Source: Dehalococcoidia bacterium (GTDB taxonomy: Bacteria > Chloroflexota > Dehalococcoidia > DSTF01 > JACRBR01). Taken from it: a stretch of DNA of 64,000 bases. The notes beneath the pieces were generated by a model. That model was given only the letters and a program-made list of their open reading frames with translations, made no database searches and was not told the DNA's origin. Below, piece after piece: positions 28,630 to 38,137 of the stretch (within the stretch, counting starts at the first letter, position 1; every line of letters begins with the position of its first letter). Position numbers and translations under genes: made by a program. Location of the stretch: NCBI GenBank assembly GCA_040902535.1, contig JBBDXD010000006.1, positions 40,497-104,496 on the forward strand. Direction: 5' to 3'.

Positions 28630-30417
28630 TCAGACCGCGGCGGGCGCGATCGGCTGGTAACGCACGATCGGTTCGAAGTAGTCGAGAGCGGTGCGATCGC
28701 CGGAGGTGATGCCGCGGGCCGCGTGTTGCACCAGGCGCGTGCTCACGAAGTGACGCGCAACGACCGCCTTGCGCGCCGAGCCCTTGTTCGCGAGTTCCCA
28801 CACCGCTTCTTCGACGAGCAGCGCCGCCTGTGCGACGTCCGCCATGTAGTCGGTGAGGCGACGCGCGTTTAGCAGGCGGATCTCCTCGGGTGCGCGCTCG
28901 AGGTAGGCGATCGCCTCCTTCAGTTCATCGATCGAGCGGCCGATCTCGCCGACGGTCTGCACCAGCGACGGGTGCTCTGCCCCTCCGAAGGCCTGCTCGG
29001 CGCGCGCAAACAGTGCGTCGTCGGCATGCTCCTTGCGCATCGAACGCAGCACGTCCAGGCAGATGATGTTTTCGGTCCCTTCCCAGATCGTGTGGCATTG
29101 CGCGTCGCGAAGCTGCCGCGCGACCGGCCAGTTCTCGATGTAGCCGTTGCCGCCGTGCATCTCGATCGCCTGCGACGCCAGCTCGATGCCGCGCCGGGTG
29201 CAGCGATACTTCGCGAGCGGTACGAGGATCCGGTAGAGCCGGCGCGACTCTTCGTCTTTGCGGGTACCGGCCTCCGCGGCTTCGAACGCGAGCGCACAGC
29301 CGGCTTCGACCTCCACCGCCATGTTCACCAGCGTCTCGCGCACGAGCGGATACTCCGCGATCGGGCGTCCGAACGCCTCGCGATGGTGCGCGTAGATCGC
29401 CGCTTCGACGAATGACCGGCGCATGATGCCAAGGCCCATGATCGCAACGCCGAAGCGGGATCCCTGGACCATCTCCATCATGCGGTTGACGCCTCGGCCG
29501 TCGCGAGCGGCGGCGTCGCCGTCATCGGTGCGTTCGCGGCCCATGAGGTACGCCTCGGCGTCGACGAAGTCGACCTCGCCGGTCGGCACGGCTTTCGTCC
29601 CGAGTTTGTCCTTGAGGCGCCGGACGTGGATCCCGTTTCGCGTGCCATCGGCGCGATGCTGCGGGACGAGGAACTGCGCCAGGCCCGGTAGTCCGGCCGG
29701 TGCGTCCTGCGGGCGGGCGAGCGTGATGATCACCTCCGCATCGAGGTTCGAGCAGAACCACTTCGACCCGTCGATGCGCCAGCCGTCGGCGGTCTTGCGG
29801 GCACTGCACTCGCTGCTCGCGAGGTCGCTGCCGCCGCGGATCTCCGTCATGAACATGCCGCCCTCCCAGGCTTCGGCGAAGTCCATGGACGTGAGGTGCG
29901 GCAGGAACTTCTCGCGGATCTCCGGCGGCGCATGCCGGTCGACGATGCCCGCTGCGCTGCTCGTCATGCCGATGCCGCACGCCATGCCCGTCTCGGCCTG
30001 ATTGAGGAAGTAGAGGAAGCCCGTGTTCACCGTCGGGGGGAGCTTGCCGGCGCGCGTCTTGCGCACCTGGTCGGTCCAGCGCAGGCCGAGGAAGCCGTTT
30101 TCCCACAGGTCACGCTTGGTGTCGACCGCGCTCTGGTGGTGCACGACGGTATTCACTTCGTGGCCCCAACGGTCGTATTTCTCGAGACGCGGCGGGTTCT
30201 TGTCGGTGATCTCCGCGCGCGCCGCTACCGGTCCGCCGATGACGCCGCCCATGTTGCGGAGCTGCTCGACGGCGAACGCGCGGTCGTCGGGATGCGCGAG
30301 CCGCTCGACGATCTGCTGGAGGTTGGGGTCGGCGTCATACCAGTTGAGCCCGATAGCGGACTCGACCGTATCGAAGTCGATGCCCTCGCCGAGTGTCTCG
30401 CGTGCTTTGGTCGTCAT
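28630..30417 (-). CDS. AidB-like acyl-CoA dehydrogenase family protein
   Basis: 595 aa with ACAD N-terminal, middle and C-terminal domains plus an extra N-terminal AidB-type domain. Start at ATG 30417; the track ORF extends to 30948. Confidence 0.8.
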   Translation of the reverse strand: MTTKARETLGEGIDFDTVESAIGLNWYDADPNLQQIVERLAHPDDRAFAVEQLRNMGGVIGGPVAARAEITDKNPPRLEKYDRWGHEVNTVVHHQSAVDTKRDLWENGFLGLRWTDQVRKTRAGKLPPTVNTGFLYFLNQAETGMACGIGMTSSAAGIVDRHAPPEIREKFLPHLTSMDFAEAWEGGMFMTEIRGGSDLASSECSARKTADGWRIDGSKWFCSNLDAEVIITLARPQDAPAGLPGLAQFLVPQHRADGTRNGIHVRRLKDKLGTKAVPTGEVDFVDAEAYLMGRERTDDGDAAARDGRGVNRMMEMVQGSRFGVAIMGLGIMRRSFVEAAIYAHHREAFGRPIAEYPLVRETLVNMAVEVEAGCALAFEAAEAGTRKDEESRRLYRILVPLAKYRCTRRGIELASQAIEMHGGNGYIENWPVARQLRDAQCHTIWEGTENIICLDVLRSMRKEHADDALFARAEQAFGGAEHPSLVQTVGEIGRSIDELKEAIAYLERAPEEIRLLNARRLTDYMADVAQAALLVEEAVWELANKGSARKAVVARHFVSTRLVQHAARGITSGDRTALDYFEPIVRYQPIAPAAV

Positions 30418-30505
30418 CCCGGTGCTCCGCTTCCGGCTCTCGCCTCTCGCTTCCCGATCATACCGCCATTGGCGCCTAGCACACGCAGCGGGCATCTTGC
30501 CCGCG

Positions 30506-31276
30506 ATGGAAGCGTGGGAGGTCATCGGGCTGTTCGCGGCGGCGTTCGTCGCGGGCGCGATCAATGCCGTGGCGGGCGGCGGCTCGCTGATCACGTTTCC
30601 GGCGCTGCTTGCGTTCGGGTATCCGTCGAAGCCGGCTAACGTGACGAACACCGTCGGGCTGTGGCCGGGGACGGTCGGCGGTTCCTGGGGGTATCGCGAG
30701 GAGCTAGGACGCCAGCGAGGCCGCGTCGCGGCGCTCGCGCTGCCCAGTGCGGCGGGCGCAATCGCGGGTTCGGCGATCCTGCTCGCGACGCCGCAGTCGG
30801 CCTTCGACGTCGTGGTGCCGTTCCTCATCGTGTTTGCGGTGCTCTTGATGGCATTCCAGGACCAGCTCAGCGACTTCGCGCTGTCGCATCGCCTGCGCAG
30901 CGAGGAATCAGCCGCGATCCCGCTGACGCTCACGCTCGCGACGTTCATGCTGGCAGTCTACGGCGCGTATTTCGGCGCGGGGTTCGGCATTCTCACGCTG
31001 GCGGTATTCGCCATCCTCATTCCGGACGACATCCAGCATTCGAACGCGCTCAAGGGGTTGCAGGCGCTGCTGGTCAATGGCATCGCCTTTGTGTACTTCG
31101 CGCTCTTCGGCCCTGTCGAGTGGGGTCCGGCTGCCGCGATGGCCGTCGGCGCGGTGCTCGGCGGGTATCTGGGCGTCGGCGTGGCGCGGCGGCTCGGGCG
31201 GCAGTGGCTGCGGCTCGCCGTGATCGCGTACGGGACGGTGGTGGCGGTGGTGTTGTTTGTGCAGTTAGTTGCGTGA
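30506..31276 (+). CDS. TauE/SafE (DUF81) family sulfite/anion exporter
   Basis: 256 aa with 7-8 TM helices and the duplicated GGGSLITFPAL / GAGFGILTLAVFAIL motifs. Confidence 0.75.
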   Translation: MEAWEVIGLFAAAFVAGAINAVAGGGSLITFPALLAFGYPSKPANVTNTVGLWPGTVGGSWGYREELGRQRGRVAALALPSAAGAIAGSAILLATPQSAFDVVVPFLIVFAVLLMAFQDQLSDFALSHRLRSEESAAIPLTLTLATFMLAVYGAYFGAGFGILTLAVFAILIPDDIQHSNALKGLQALLVNGIAFVYFALFGPVEWGPAAAMAVGAVLGGYLGVGVARRLGRQWLRLAVIAYGTVVAVVLFVQLVA

Positions 31277-31294
31277 TTCGAGGGTATACTCGCG

Positions 31295-31729
31295 TCAATC
31301 CTGCGTCGTCCAAGTGAGATTCGCGGAGTGAATAAAGCATGAGGACTCTGGGATACGGATGGCGCCGAACACATGCTCAAAGCCGCGTTCTTGGAGCACC
31401 CGGAGATACTCGTCGGCCGCACTTCCGTTTGCGAACATGCGCTCGCGATGAAATGCGCTTACGCAGCCGCATGGGTCGAATCGCTGTTGCCACCAGCTGA
31501 GATCTTCGAACAGGGTGTACTGGATACGGGAACCACTCTCAAACGTCTTCGTAACGGCCCGCCGGGGCATGGTTCTGTATTCGATCCGCGCGCTGAGGTG
31601 GCGATCTGCGACCGAGCTGATCTCCAGGCGGCCAATCATGGGAAGCCGATTTTCGTGCTCGTCACTATTAGGCTCAGTGATCACAACGTTTCCTTCCGCT
31701 ATGTTCTTGATGTGTCTCAAATCTACCAA
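31295..31729 (-). CDS. hypothetical protein in low-GC island (strand uncertain)
   Basis: ORF on the minus strand with a TTG start. An antisense + strand ORF (31373..31747) is equally plausible. The region is about 53% GC against 68% in the flanks. Confidence 0.25.
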   Translation of the reverse strand: MVDLRHIKNIAEGNVVITEPNSDEHENRLPMIGRLEISSVADRHLSARIEYRTMPRRAVTKTFESGSRIQYTLFEDLSWWQQRFDPCGCVSAFHRERMFANGSAADEYLRVLQERGFEHVFGAIRIPESSCFIHSANLTWTTQD

Positions 31730-31787
31730 AGTTCGGAACCGAATTAGATCCGAATTTCACAAAGGAAGCATATAACGGAGGTCCGCC

Positions 31788-32975
31788 ATGATCGACGCCA
31801 CGCACATCGCCGCGAAGCCGGAGGATCTCGGCATCGACGCGGAGAAGCTGGAGATGGTGTTCGCGCGCGCGAAGCGTGACGTCGACGATGGCACGCTGCC
31901 GAGCGCGCAGGTAGCGATCGCGCGGCACGGCAAGCTCGCCGGCATGCGCACGTACGGCTCGGCGGTGCAGGGCGGCGTCGACAAGCCGGCGACCGACGAC
32001 ACGCTGTACCATTTCTTCTCGTCGACGAAGGCGATCGTCGCGGCGGCGGTGTGGCTACTGTTCGAAGAAGACCAACTGCGGCTTGATGAGAAGGTGGCGG
32101 ACATCATCCCGGAGTTCGGGACGAACGGAAAAGATGCGATCGACGTCGAGACGATGATGCTGCACGCAGGCGGCTTCCCGTACGCGCCGTTCAAACCCGA
32201 GTTCTGGGGCAATCGTGAAGCCCTCCTCGAAGCGATGACCCGCTGGCGCCTGACGTGGCCGGTCGACAGCCGGTACGAGTATCACCCGACGTCGATGCAC
32301 TGGGTGTTGTCGGAGATCATCTATCGCCGCGGCGGTGCGGACTACAAGACGTTCATTCGCGAACGGCTGCTCGCGCCAATGGGGCTCGACGACCTGTTCG
32401 TCGGCTGTCCGCCGGAGCAGCAGCATCGCATCGCCGACGTGACGTACACGCACGAGCCGGTCGAGCCGCCGGCCGGCTGGGGCGAAGTGACGCCGGAGTT
32501 CATCATGCGCTTCAACGGACCGCACCATCGCCAGGCGGGGGCACCGGGGGCCGGCGCCATCGCTTCGGCGGCGGCGATGGCGCTGTTTTACCAGGCGTTG
32601 GTCAACGGCGGCGAGACGGCCGGCGGCAAGCGCGTCATGAAGCGCGAGACGATCGAGTTCGGCACGAAAGTACGGGCGCGGCCGCACCACATCGACCTGA
32701 CGCTCAAGTACCTCGACCCGACGTTGAGCGTGAACACGAACCGCGCGCTCGCCGTCACGGTCGCCGGCGACGACGGCTATGCCTTCATGCGCGGCTACGG
32801 GCGCACGTGCTCGCCGCGGGCGTTTGGGCACGGCGGCGCTGGCGGCCAGATCGCGTGGGGCGACCCGGCGACCGGCATCTCCGTCGGCTACGCGACGAAC
32901 GGCTTCGCCGATATGATGACGATGGGTCGGCGCATCACCGCGATTGGCAGTCTCGCCGGGAGCTGCCTGCTGTAA
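31788..32975 (+). CDS. serine hydrolase, beta-lactamase/PBP4-like (class C fold)
   Basis: SxxK active-site motif (FSSTK) with YxN context. RBS ACGGAGG is upstream. Confidence 0.8.
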   Translation: MIDATHIAAKPEDLGIDAEKLEMVFARAKRDVDDGTLPSAQVAIARHGKLAGMRTYGSAVQGGVDKPATDDTLYHFFSSTKAIVAAAVWLLFEEDQLRLDEKVADIIPEFGTNGKDAIDVETMMLHAGGFPYAPFKPEFWGNREALLEAMTRWRLTWPVDSRYEYHPTSMHWVLSEIIYRRGGADYKTFIRERLLAPMGLDDLFVGCPPEQQHRIADVTYTHEPVEPPAGWGEVTPEFIMRFNGPHHRQAGAPGAGAIASAAAMALFYQALVNGGETAGGKRVMKRETIEFGTKVRARPHHIDLTLKYLDPTLSVNTNRALAVTVAGDDGYAFMRGYGRTCSPRAFGHGGAGGQIAWGDPATGISVGYATNGFADMMTMGRRITAIGSLAGSCLL

Positions 32976-33100
32976 CGCGGCGCATCGTCGGAACACTGTC
33001 TTTAATGCTGTGAGCGCATTCATAGCAGCGCCGCGGCGGCATCTCCTAGGCTGCCGGTATCGGTCGATTCGCGATTCAGCGAAAGGAAGGACGGGAAGAC

Positions 33101-33595
33101 ATGGCCGCGACGCAACTGGCTACCAACCGCAAGCAGGACGTCATCGAAGGGCTCGAGTTCCTGATGCAACAGGCGGACCGCATCGCGACGCGTTTCACCG
33201 ACGACGATTGGACGCGTCCCTCTGATCATGGCGGCTGGACGGCGAAGCAGGTCTACGCGCACGTCACGGGCCTGGGTGCGCTGATCCCGCAGTTCGTCGA
33301 AGGGTACGTGGCGGCCGGCCCGGCGAACGACATCGGGCCGAAGACGCCGATCGACGACATCAACGCGGGACTCGTCGGCGACCGCACGAAAGCATCGCCC
33401 CGCGAGCTGGGCGACGAGTTCGCGAAGAACTACGGCGCCGCGCTCGACTGGGCACGCAAGCAGCCCGACGATTTTTTCGCGAAGCGAGGGACGCTAGGCG
33501 GGTACGAGAACTGGACCGCCGCCGACCTTCTCGTTACCGCGTTCGTGATGCACGCCGTCGCGCACCTGTACAACGCATCGACGCGCTTTCCGTAG
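33101..33595 (+). CDS. DinB_2/MDMPI_N-like metal-dependent four-helix-bundle protein
   Basis: His triad context (YAHVTG, MHAVAHL). Confidence 0.6.
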   Translation: MAATQLATNRKQDVIEGLEFLMQQADRIATRFTDDDWTRPSDHGGWTAKQVYAHVTGLGALIPQFVEGYVAAGPANDIGPKTPIDDINAGLVGDRTKASPRELGDEFAKNYGAALDWARKQPDDFFAKRGTLGGYENWTAADLLVTAFVMHAVAHLYNASTRFP

Positions 33596-33612
33596 GCGCG
33601 CTTGCAGCCGAT

Positions 33613-33641
33613 GGCGCCCGCTCGCCTACGGGGCGGGCGCC
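33613..33641. terminator. hairpin GGCGCCCG...CGGGCGCC at convergent gene ends
   Basis: 8-bp GC stem overlapping the stop of the minus-strand gene. Confidence 0.35.
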
Positions 33642-34858
33642 AGCCGGTCGATCGCGTTGTTGAACGTCACCAGGTAGAACTCTTGCGACGCGTCGAGCGC
33701 GAACGATGCGATCGCGCGGCCGGTCTGCGCAAGCAGCACCGGATTAGCCGTCTCGGTCGTCGCGCTGCTCGTGTTGATGCCCCATACGAGGCCGCTGCAG
33801 AAGTCGCCGTAGATGTACCAACCTTCGAGTTCCGGCAGGCGGTCGCCGCGATACACGTAGCCGCCGGTGACCGAGCAGTTGCCGTCTTCATGACCGTACG
33901 ATGCGCGCGGCAGTACGAGCCCGGACTGGTCGCAGTCGTCCGCGTCGTAGCACTCCGGACCTTCCATGATGTTCCAGCCGTAATTGCCGCCCCGTTCGAT
34001 GATGTCGATCTCCTCGACCTCGCCCTGACCGACGTCCGCCGCCCAGAGCGCGCCGGTCTCGCTGTCGAACGTGATGCGCCACGGGTTGCGCAGCCCGTAT
34101 GCCCAGATCTCGGGGAGCCCGCCGCCGTCCGCGAACGGGTTCTCGTCAGGCACGGTGTATTCCTCACCGCCTGACACGTCGACGCGCAGGATCTTCCCGA
34201 GCATGGTGTCGAGTCGCTGGCCGTTGCCTTGCGGGTCGCCGCCAGAACCGCCGTCGCCGGATGCGATGTAGAGCATGTCATCGGGCCCGAAGGCCAGCGC
34301 GCCGCCGTTGTGGTTGGGGAACGGCTGCTCGATTTCGAGCAACACGGTCTCCGATGCCGGGTCAGCGGCGTCACCCTTCGACACGAAGCGGGAGATCACG
34401 TTTCGGCGCGGGTTGTCCGCGGTGTAGTCGATGTAGAACTCGCCGGTGGTACCGTACTCAGGTGAGAAGGCGAGTCCGAGCAGACCTTCCTCGGTGCCTA
34501 GGTCAGGCTTGATGCGGTCGCGGATATCAAGGAAGACCGTTGGCTCCTGCGACGCGTCTTCGATGCTTGCGCGGTAGATGACGCCGTCCTGCGTGAGTAC
34601 GACCACGAAGCCGTCCTCGCCGGGGATCGGATGCATGCCCAGCATTCCGCCGATCGCAATGTTCGGGAACACCTGCTCTGCGATGTAACCGTTCTCGCTT
34701 ACGGCGCGGGGCGGCGGAGTCGCACCGGGCTCGGCGGTGGCCTGCGTCGCCGATGGTGCGGGCGGCGTCGTTGGCGTGGCGTCGCCGTCGCCATCGCTGG
34801 TGCACGCGCCAAGTGACAATGCAAGCAACAGGAGGCCTGCCGCCCACTTCCCCATCAT
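33626..34858 (-). CDS. PQQ-dependent sugar (glucose/sorbosone) dehydrogenase, lipoprotein
   Basis: Signal peptide plus lipobox LGAC. SGL/GSDH beta-propeller motifs (NHNGGALAFGPDDMLYIASGDGG, WAYGLRNPWR). Confidence 0.8.
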   Translation of the reverse strand: MMGKWAAGLLLLALSLGACTSDGDGDATPTTPPAPSATQATAEPGATPPPRAVSENGYIAEQVFPNIAIGGMLGMHPIPGEDGFVVVLTQDGVIYRASIEDASQEPTVFLDIRDRIKPDLGTEEGLLGLAFSPEYGTTGEFYIDYTADNPRRNVISRFVSKGDAADPASETVLLEIEQPFPNHNGGALAFGPDDMLYIASGDGGSGGDPQGNGQRLDTMLGKILRVDVSGGEEYTVPDENPFADGGGLPEIWAYGLRNPWRITFDSETGALWAADVGQGEVEEIDIIERGGNYGWNIMEGPECYDADDCDQSGLVLPRASYGHEDGNCSVTGGYVYRGDRLPELEGWYIYGDFCSGLVWGINTSSATTETANPVLLAQTGRAIASFALDASQEFYLVTFNNAIDRLAPAP

Positions 34859-34885
34859 GCCGGCGATCCCTTCATTTGCACGCTG

Positions 34886-36010
34886 CTACGGCTTGCGTTC
34901 CAGCCGGTAGATCGCGTTGTTGAACGTCACGAGATACAACTCGCCATCGCTTAGCACCGCGAACGAGGAGATTGCGAGTCCCGTGTCCGCCAAAGGTATC
35001 GCCGCGCCCTCGTTCGTCGCCGCGTTCACCGCCCAGACTTTGCCGGAGCAGAAGTCACCGTAGACGTACCAGCCTTGCAGTTCCGGCATCGCGTTGCCGC
35101 GATAGACGTAGCCGCCGGTCACCGAGCACCCGAACTCGTGGCTATACGCCGCCCGCGGCAGGAACGTGCCCGCCGCGCTGCACGTCGAGGCCGTGTAGCA
35201 CTCGTAGCCTTCCAGCGTATTCCAGCCGTAGTTGCCTCCGGGGACGATGCGGTCCACTTCTTCCCACTCCCCCTGGCCGACGTCACCGGCCCAGAGTTGG
35301 CCCGTCGCAGCATCGAACGTGATACGCCACGGGTTCCGCAGCCCGTACGCCCACACCTCGCCGCGACCGCCGCCGCTCGCGAAGGGGTTGTCGGCCGGGA
35401 TGGTGTAACGGTCGCGGGCGACATCGATGCGCAGGATCTTTCCGAGCAGCGTGTTGGTGTTCCGGCCGTTCCCGTGCGGATCGCCGCCTGATCCGCCATC
35501 GCCGGATGCGATGTACAGCATGCCGTCCGGCCCAAATACGAGCGCGCCACCGTTGTGGTTCGCGTACGGCTGCGGAATCTCGAGAATGCGCTGCTCAGAT
35601 GCAGGATTCGCCGTCGCGCCGGCCGCGTAACGAGCAATGACGCTCCGGCGCGGGCCGCCGGCCGTGTAGTACACGTAGAACCGGCGGCTGGCGGCGTAGT
35701 CGGGCGCGAACGCCAGGCCCAGCAGGCCTTCTTCGTCCCGCGGGTCGCCGATCATCCGGTCGCGGACATCGAGGAAAACCGACGCGGGCTCAGACGGATT
35801 GGCGATGTTCACCTTGTAGATGACGCCGCCCTGGGTGACGACTGCCACGTAGCCGGCCTCTCCGGGGATCGGCTCCAACGCCAGCATCCCTGCGTAGTCG
35901 ATGTGGCCGAAGACGTGCGCGGCCTGGTAGCCGTTGGGCCTGGGGCAGGCGGCGGCCAGCAAGGCGAACGCGCCGAGGACTGCCGCAAACAAGGAAAGGC
36001 GAGTTCGCAT
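34886..36010 (-). CDS. PQQ-dependent sugar dehydrogenase (tandem paralog)
   Basis: The same motifs (NHNGGALVFGPDGMLYIASGDGG, WAYGLRNPWR) and a signal peptide with AAAC. Confidence 0.8.
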   Translation of the reverse strand: MRTRLSLFAAVLGAFALLAAACPRPNGYQAAHVFGHIDYAGMLALEPIPGEAGYVAVVTQGGVIYKVNIANPSEPASVFLDVRDRMIGDPRDEEGLLGLAFAPDYAASRRFYVYYTAGGPRRSVIARYAAGATANPASEQRILEIPQPYANHNGGALVFGPDGMLYIASGDGGSGGDPHGNGRNTNTLLGKILRIDVARDRYTIPADNPFASGGGRGEVWAYGLRNPWRITFDAATGQLWAGDVGQGEWEEVDRIVPGGNYGWNTLEGYECYTASTCSAAGTFLPRAAYSHEFGCSVTGGYVYRGNAMPELQGWYVYGDFCSGKVWAVNAATNEGAAIPLADTGLAISSFAVLSDGELYLVTFNNAIYRLERKP

Positions 36011-36147
36011 ACGTACTCCTGAGACTCCGGCGACATGGTACGCGTTGTCGCCAGCCCGGCGCGGCGATTGCAGAAAATTTCACACGCCCCAGTCGTGGAC
36101 ATAGTTCAATCGGACCGCTGACATCCGCAAACGTCCGTCGTACAATT

Positions 36148-36909
36148 GTGAGTATGCATTGGGCAACCACGCCCCGTGGGAGGGCGACCCTGAGACTGGC
36201 GATCGAGGCGACGATCCTCGTATTCGCGTACCTGGCGTACGAGGCGGTGCGCCGTTTCGTCGCGCCAAGCTCTCATGAGGCCTTTGGGCACGCCTTCAGC
36301 ATCATCCAGTTCGAGCAGCAGATCGGCTTCTTCTTTGAGCCGTCGTTACAGGGGATCATCGTCGACCATCACTGGTTGGTCACGTTCTTCAACTGGGTCT
36401 ACGTGTGGGGCTACCTGCCCGTGATCGGGGCGGCGGCGCTCTATCTGTACATTCGCCACCATGACTTCTACACGCGTTATCGCAACGCCTTCCTGCTCTC
36501 GGGCGCGATCGGGCTCATCATCTTCGCCACGATGCCCGTCGCACCACCGCGCATGTTTCCGGAGTTGGGTTTCGTCGATACGGTGCGCGACCACTCGAGC
36601 GTCTACCAGCAGTTCGAAGGATCGGACCTGGTAAACGAGTTCGCCGCCGTCCCGAGCTTCCACTTTGGCTGGATCTTGCTTGTCGGACTGGCGCTGATCC
36701 AGACCAACCGCAATATCCTGATGCGCGGGCTTGCCGTGACGCTGCCGCTCATGATGCTGCTCGCGATCCTCTTCACCGCGAACCACTACTGGATTGATGC
36801 CGTGATCGGCGGCGCGATCGTGCTCGGCGCGCTAGCCATCGTGCGGGCGCTGGAGCACGTACACCTGCCGCAGTGGCGGCCAGCGGCGTCACGGCGCCTG
36901 TCGCAATAG
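36148..36909 (+). CDS. PAP2-superfamily (PAP2_3-like) membrane phosphatase/phosphotransferase
   Basis: 6-TM protein with PAP2 motifs (PSFHFG, ANHYWIDAVIGG). Confidence 0.55.
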   Translation: MSMHWATTPRGRATLRLAIEATILVFAYLAYEAVRRFVAPSSHEAFGHAFSIIQFEQQIGFFFEPSLQGIIVDHHWLVTFFNWVYVWGYLPVIGAAALYLYIRHHDFYTRYRNAFLLSGAIGLIIFATMPVAPPRMFPELGFVDTVRDHSSVYQQFEGSDLVNEFAAVPSFHFGWILLVGLALIQTNRNILMRGLAVTLPLMMLLAILFTANHYWIDAVIGGAIVLGALAIVRALEHVHLPQWRPAASRRLSQ

Positions 36910-36950
36910 TCGCCTTACGTTAACATCGCCAAGCTACGCCCTGAACCTCT

Positions 36951-36990
36951 TTACCCTCCCTTAACCGCCGTTAATCGCCCGTTAAAGCAC
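36951..36990 (+). promoter_or_regulatory. candidate Pho box: four direct 10-nt repeats TTAMCSSCCS upstream of pstS
   Basis: ttaccctccc|ttaaccgccg|ttaatcgccc|gttaaagcac with exact 10-nt phasing, 65-105 nt upstream of the pstS start. phoP-phoR are encoded in the same cluster. Confidence 0.35.
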
Positions 36991-37035
36991 CCTCAGTACG
37001 GTGCCAGTGATTGGTTCCGGCCTGGTGGCGGAACG

Positions 37036-38058
37036 TTGGAAGGAGTGGGTACCACCGTGCGAAGACCACGATTGGAGAGCAGCAAGCCTCTTATGCTGGC
37101 GCTGGCGCTCGTCGCCATGAGCTTCGTTGCCTTCGCGGCGTGTGGCGACGACGACGACGCAAATGGAGCCGACAACACACCGGCGGCCGGCGAGATCGAC
37201 TACGGCAGTCTCGGCGGCTCTCTCCGCGTCGACGGATCGTCGACGGTCTTCCCGATCGCGGAGGCCGTGGCGGAGGAATTCAGCAACGAGTCGAATGTGC
37301 GCGTGAACGTCGGCTTTTCGGGCACCGGTGGCGGCTTCGAGCGCTTCTGCCGCGGCGAGATCGAGGTCAGCGACGCGTCGCGCCCCATCGAGCAGGATGA
37401 GATCGATGCCTGCGCGGACGAGGGCATTACTGACATCCTCGAGTTCCAGGTGGCGATCGACGCGCTGACCGTCGTCGCCAACTCGAACAACGACTTTCTC
37501 GAGTGTCTCACGGTGCAGCAGTTGCACGACATCTTCACCGGCACCGCCAGCAATTGGAACGACATCGACCCGGCGTTCCCCGATGACGGCATCGTCCGCT
37601 TCTTCCCCGGCACGGACTCCGGCACCTTCGACTACTTCGTCGAGGCGATCATCGAGGGCGTCGACGAGACCGCGGCGCACACCGGCGATGGCACGGCGTC
37701 GGAGGATGACAACGTGCTCGCGCAGGGCGTCGAGGGCGACGACAACGGCCTCGGGTACTTCGGATTCGCCTACTTCCAGGAAGCGGGCCAGCAATTGAAG
37801 GCGATCGCCATCGACGGCGGCGAGGGCTGCGTCGAACCGTCGCTGGAGACCGCGCTCGATGGCAGCTATCAACCGCTCAGTCGGCCGCTGTTCATCTACA
37901 CCCGGGAGAGTTTCCTGCGTGACCGGCCAGAGGTGCTCGGCTTCATGAAGTACTTCATGGACAACACCAACACGCTGAGCGAGGAAGTCGGTTATGTCCC
38001 CCTGTCCGACAACCTGCTCGCCGAGCAGCAGACGAAGATCGAACCCTTCTTGCCGTAA
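37036..38058 (+). CDS. pstS: phosphate ABC transporter substrate-binding lipoprotein PstS
   Basis: Lipobox AFAACG and PstS-family motifs (GSSTVFP, GFSGTGGG). Translation probably starts at GTG 37057, which follows GGAAGGAG. Confidence 0.85.
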   Translation: MEGVGTTVRRPRLESSKPLMLALALVAMSFVAFAACGDDDDANGADNTPAAGEIDYGSLGGSLRVDGSSTVFPIAEAVAEEFSNESNVRVNVGFSGTGGGFERFCRGEIEVSDASRPIEQDEIDACADEGITDILEFQVAIDALTVVANSNNDFLECLTVQQLHDIFTGTASNWNDIDPAFPDDGIVRFFPGTDSGTFDYFVEAIIEGVDETAAHTGDGTASEDDNVLAQGVEGDDNGLGYFGFAYFQEAGQQLKAIAIDGGEGCVEPSLETALDGSYQPLSRPLFIYTRESFLRDRPEVLGFMKYFMDNTNTLSEEVGYVPLSDNLLAEQQTKIEPFLP

Positions 38059-38137
38059 GCCGTGCGAGCGACAACGCTTGTGGCGGCGGAATTAAGCGCT
38101 CCCGCCGCCGCACCAAGAAATCTGCCGAGAGGCGTGC

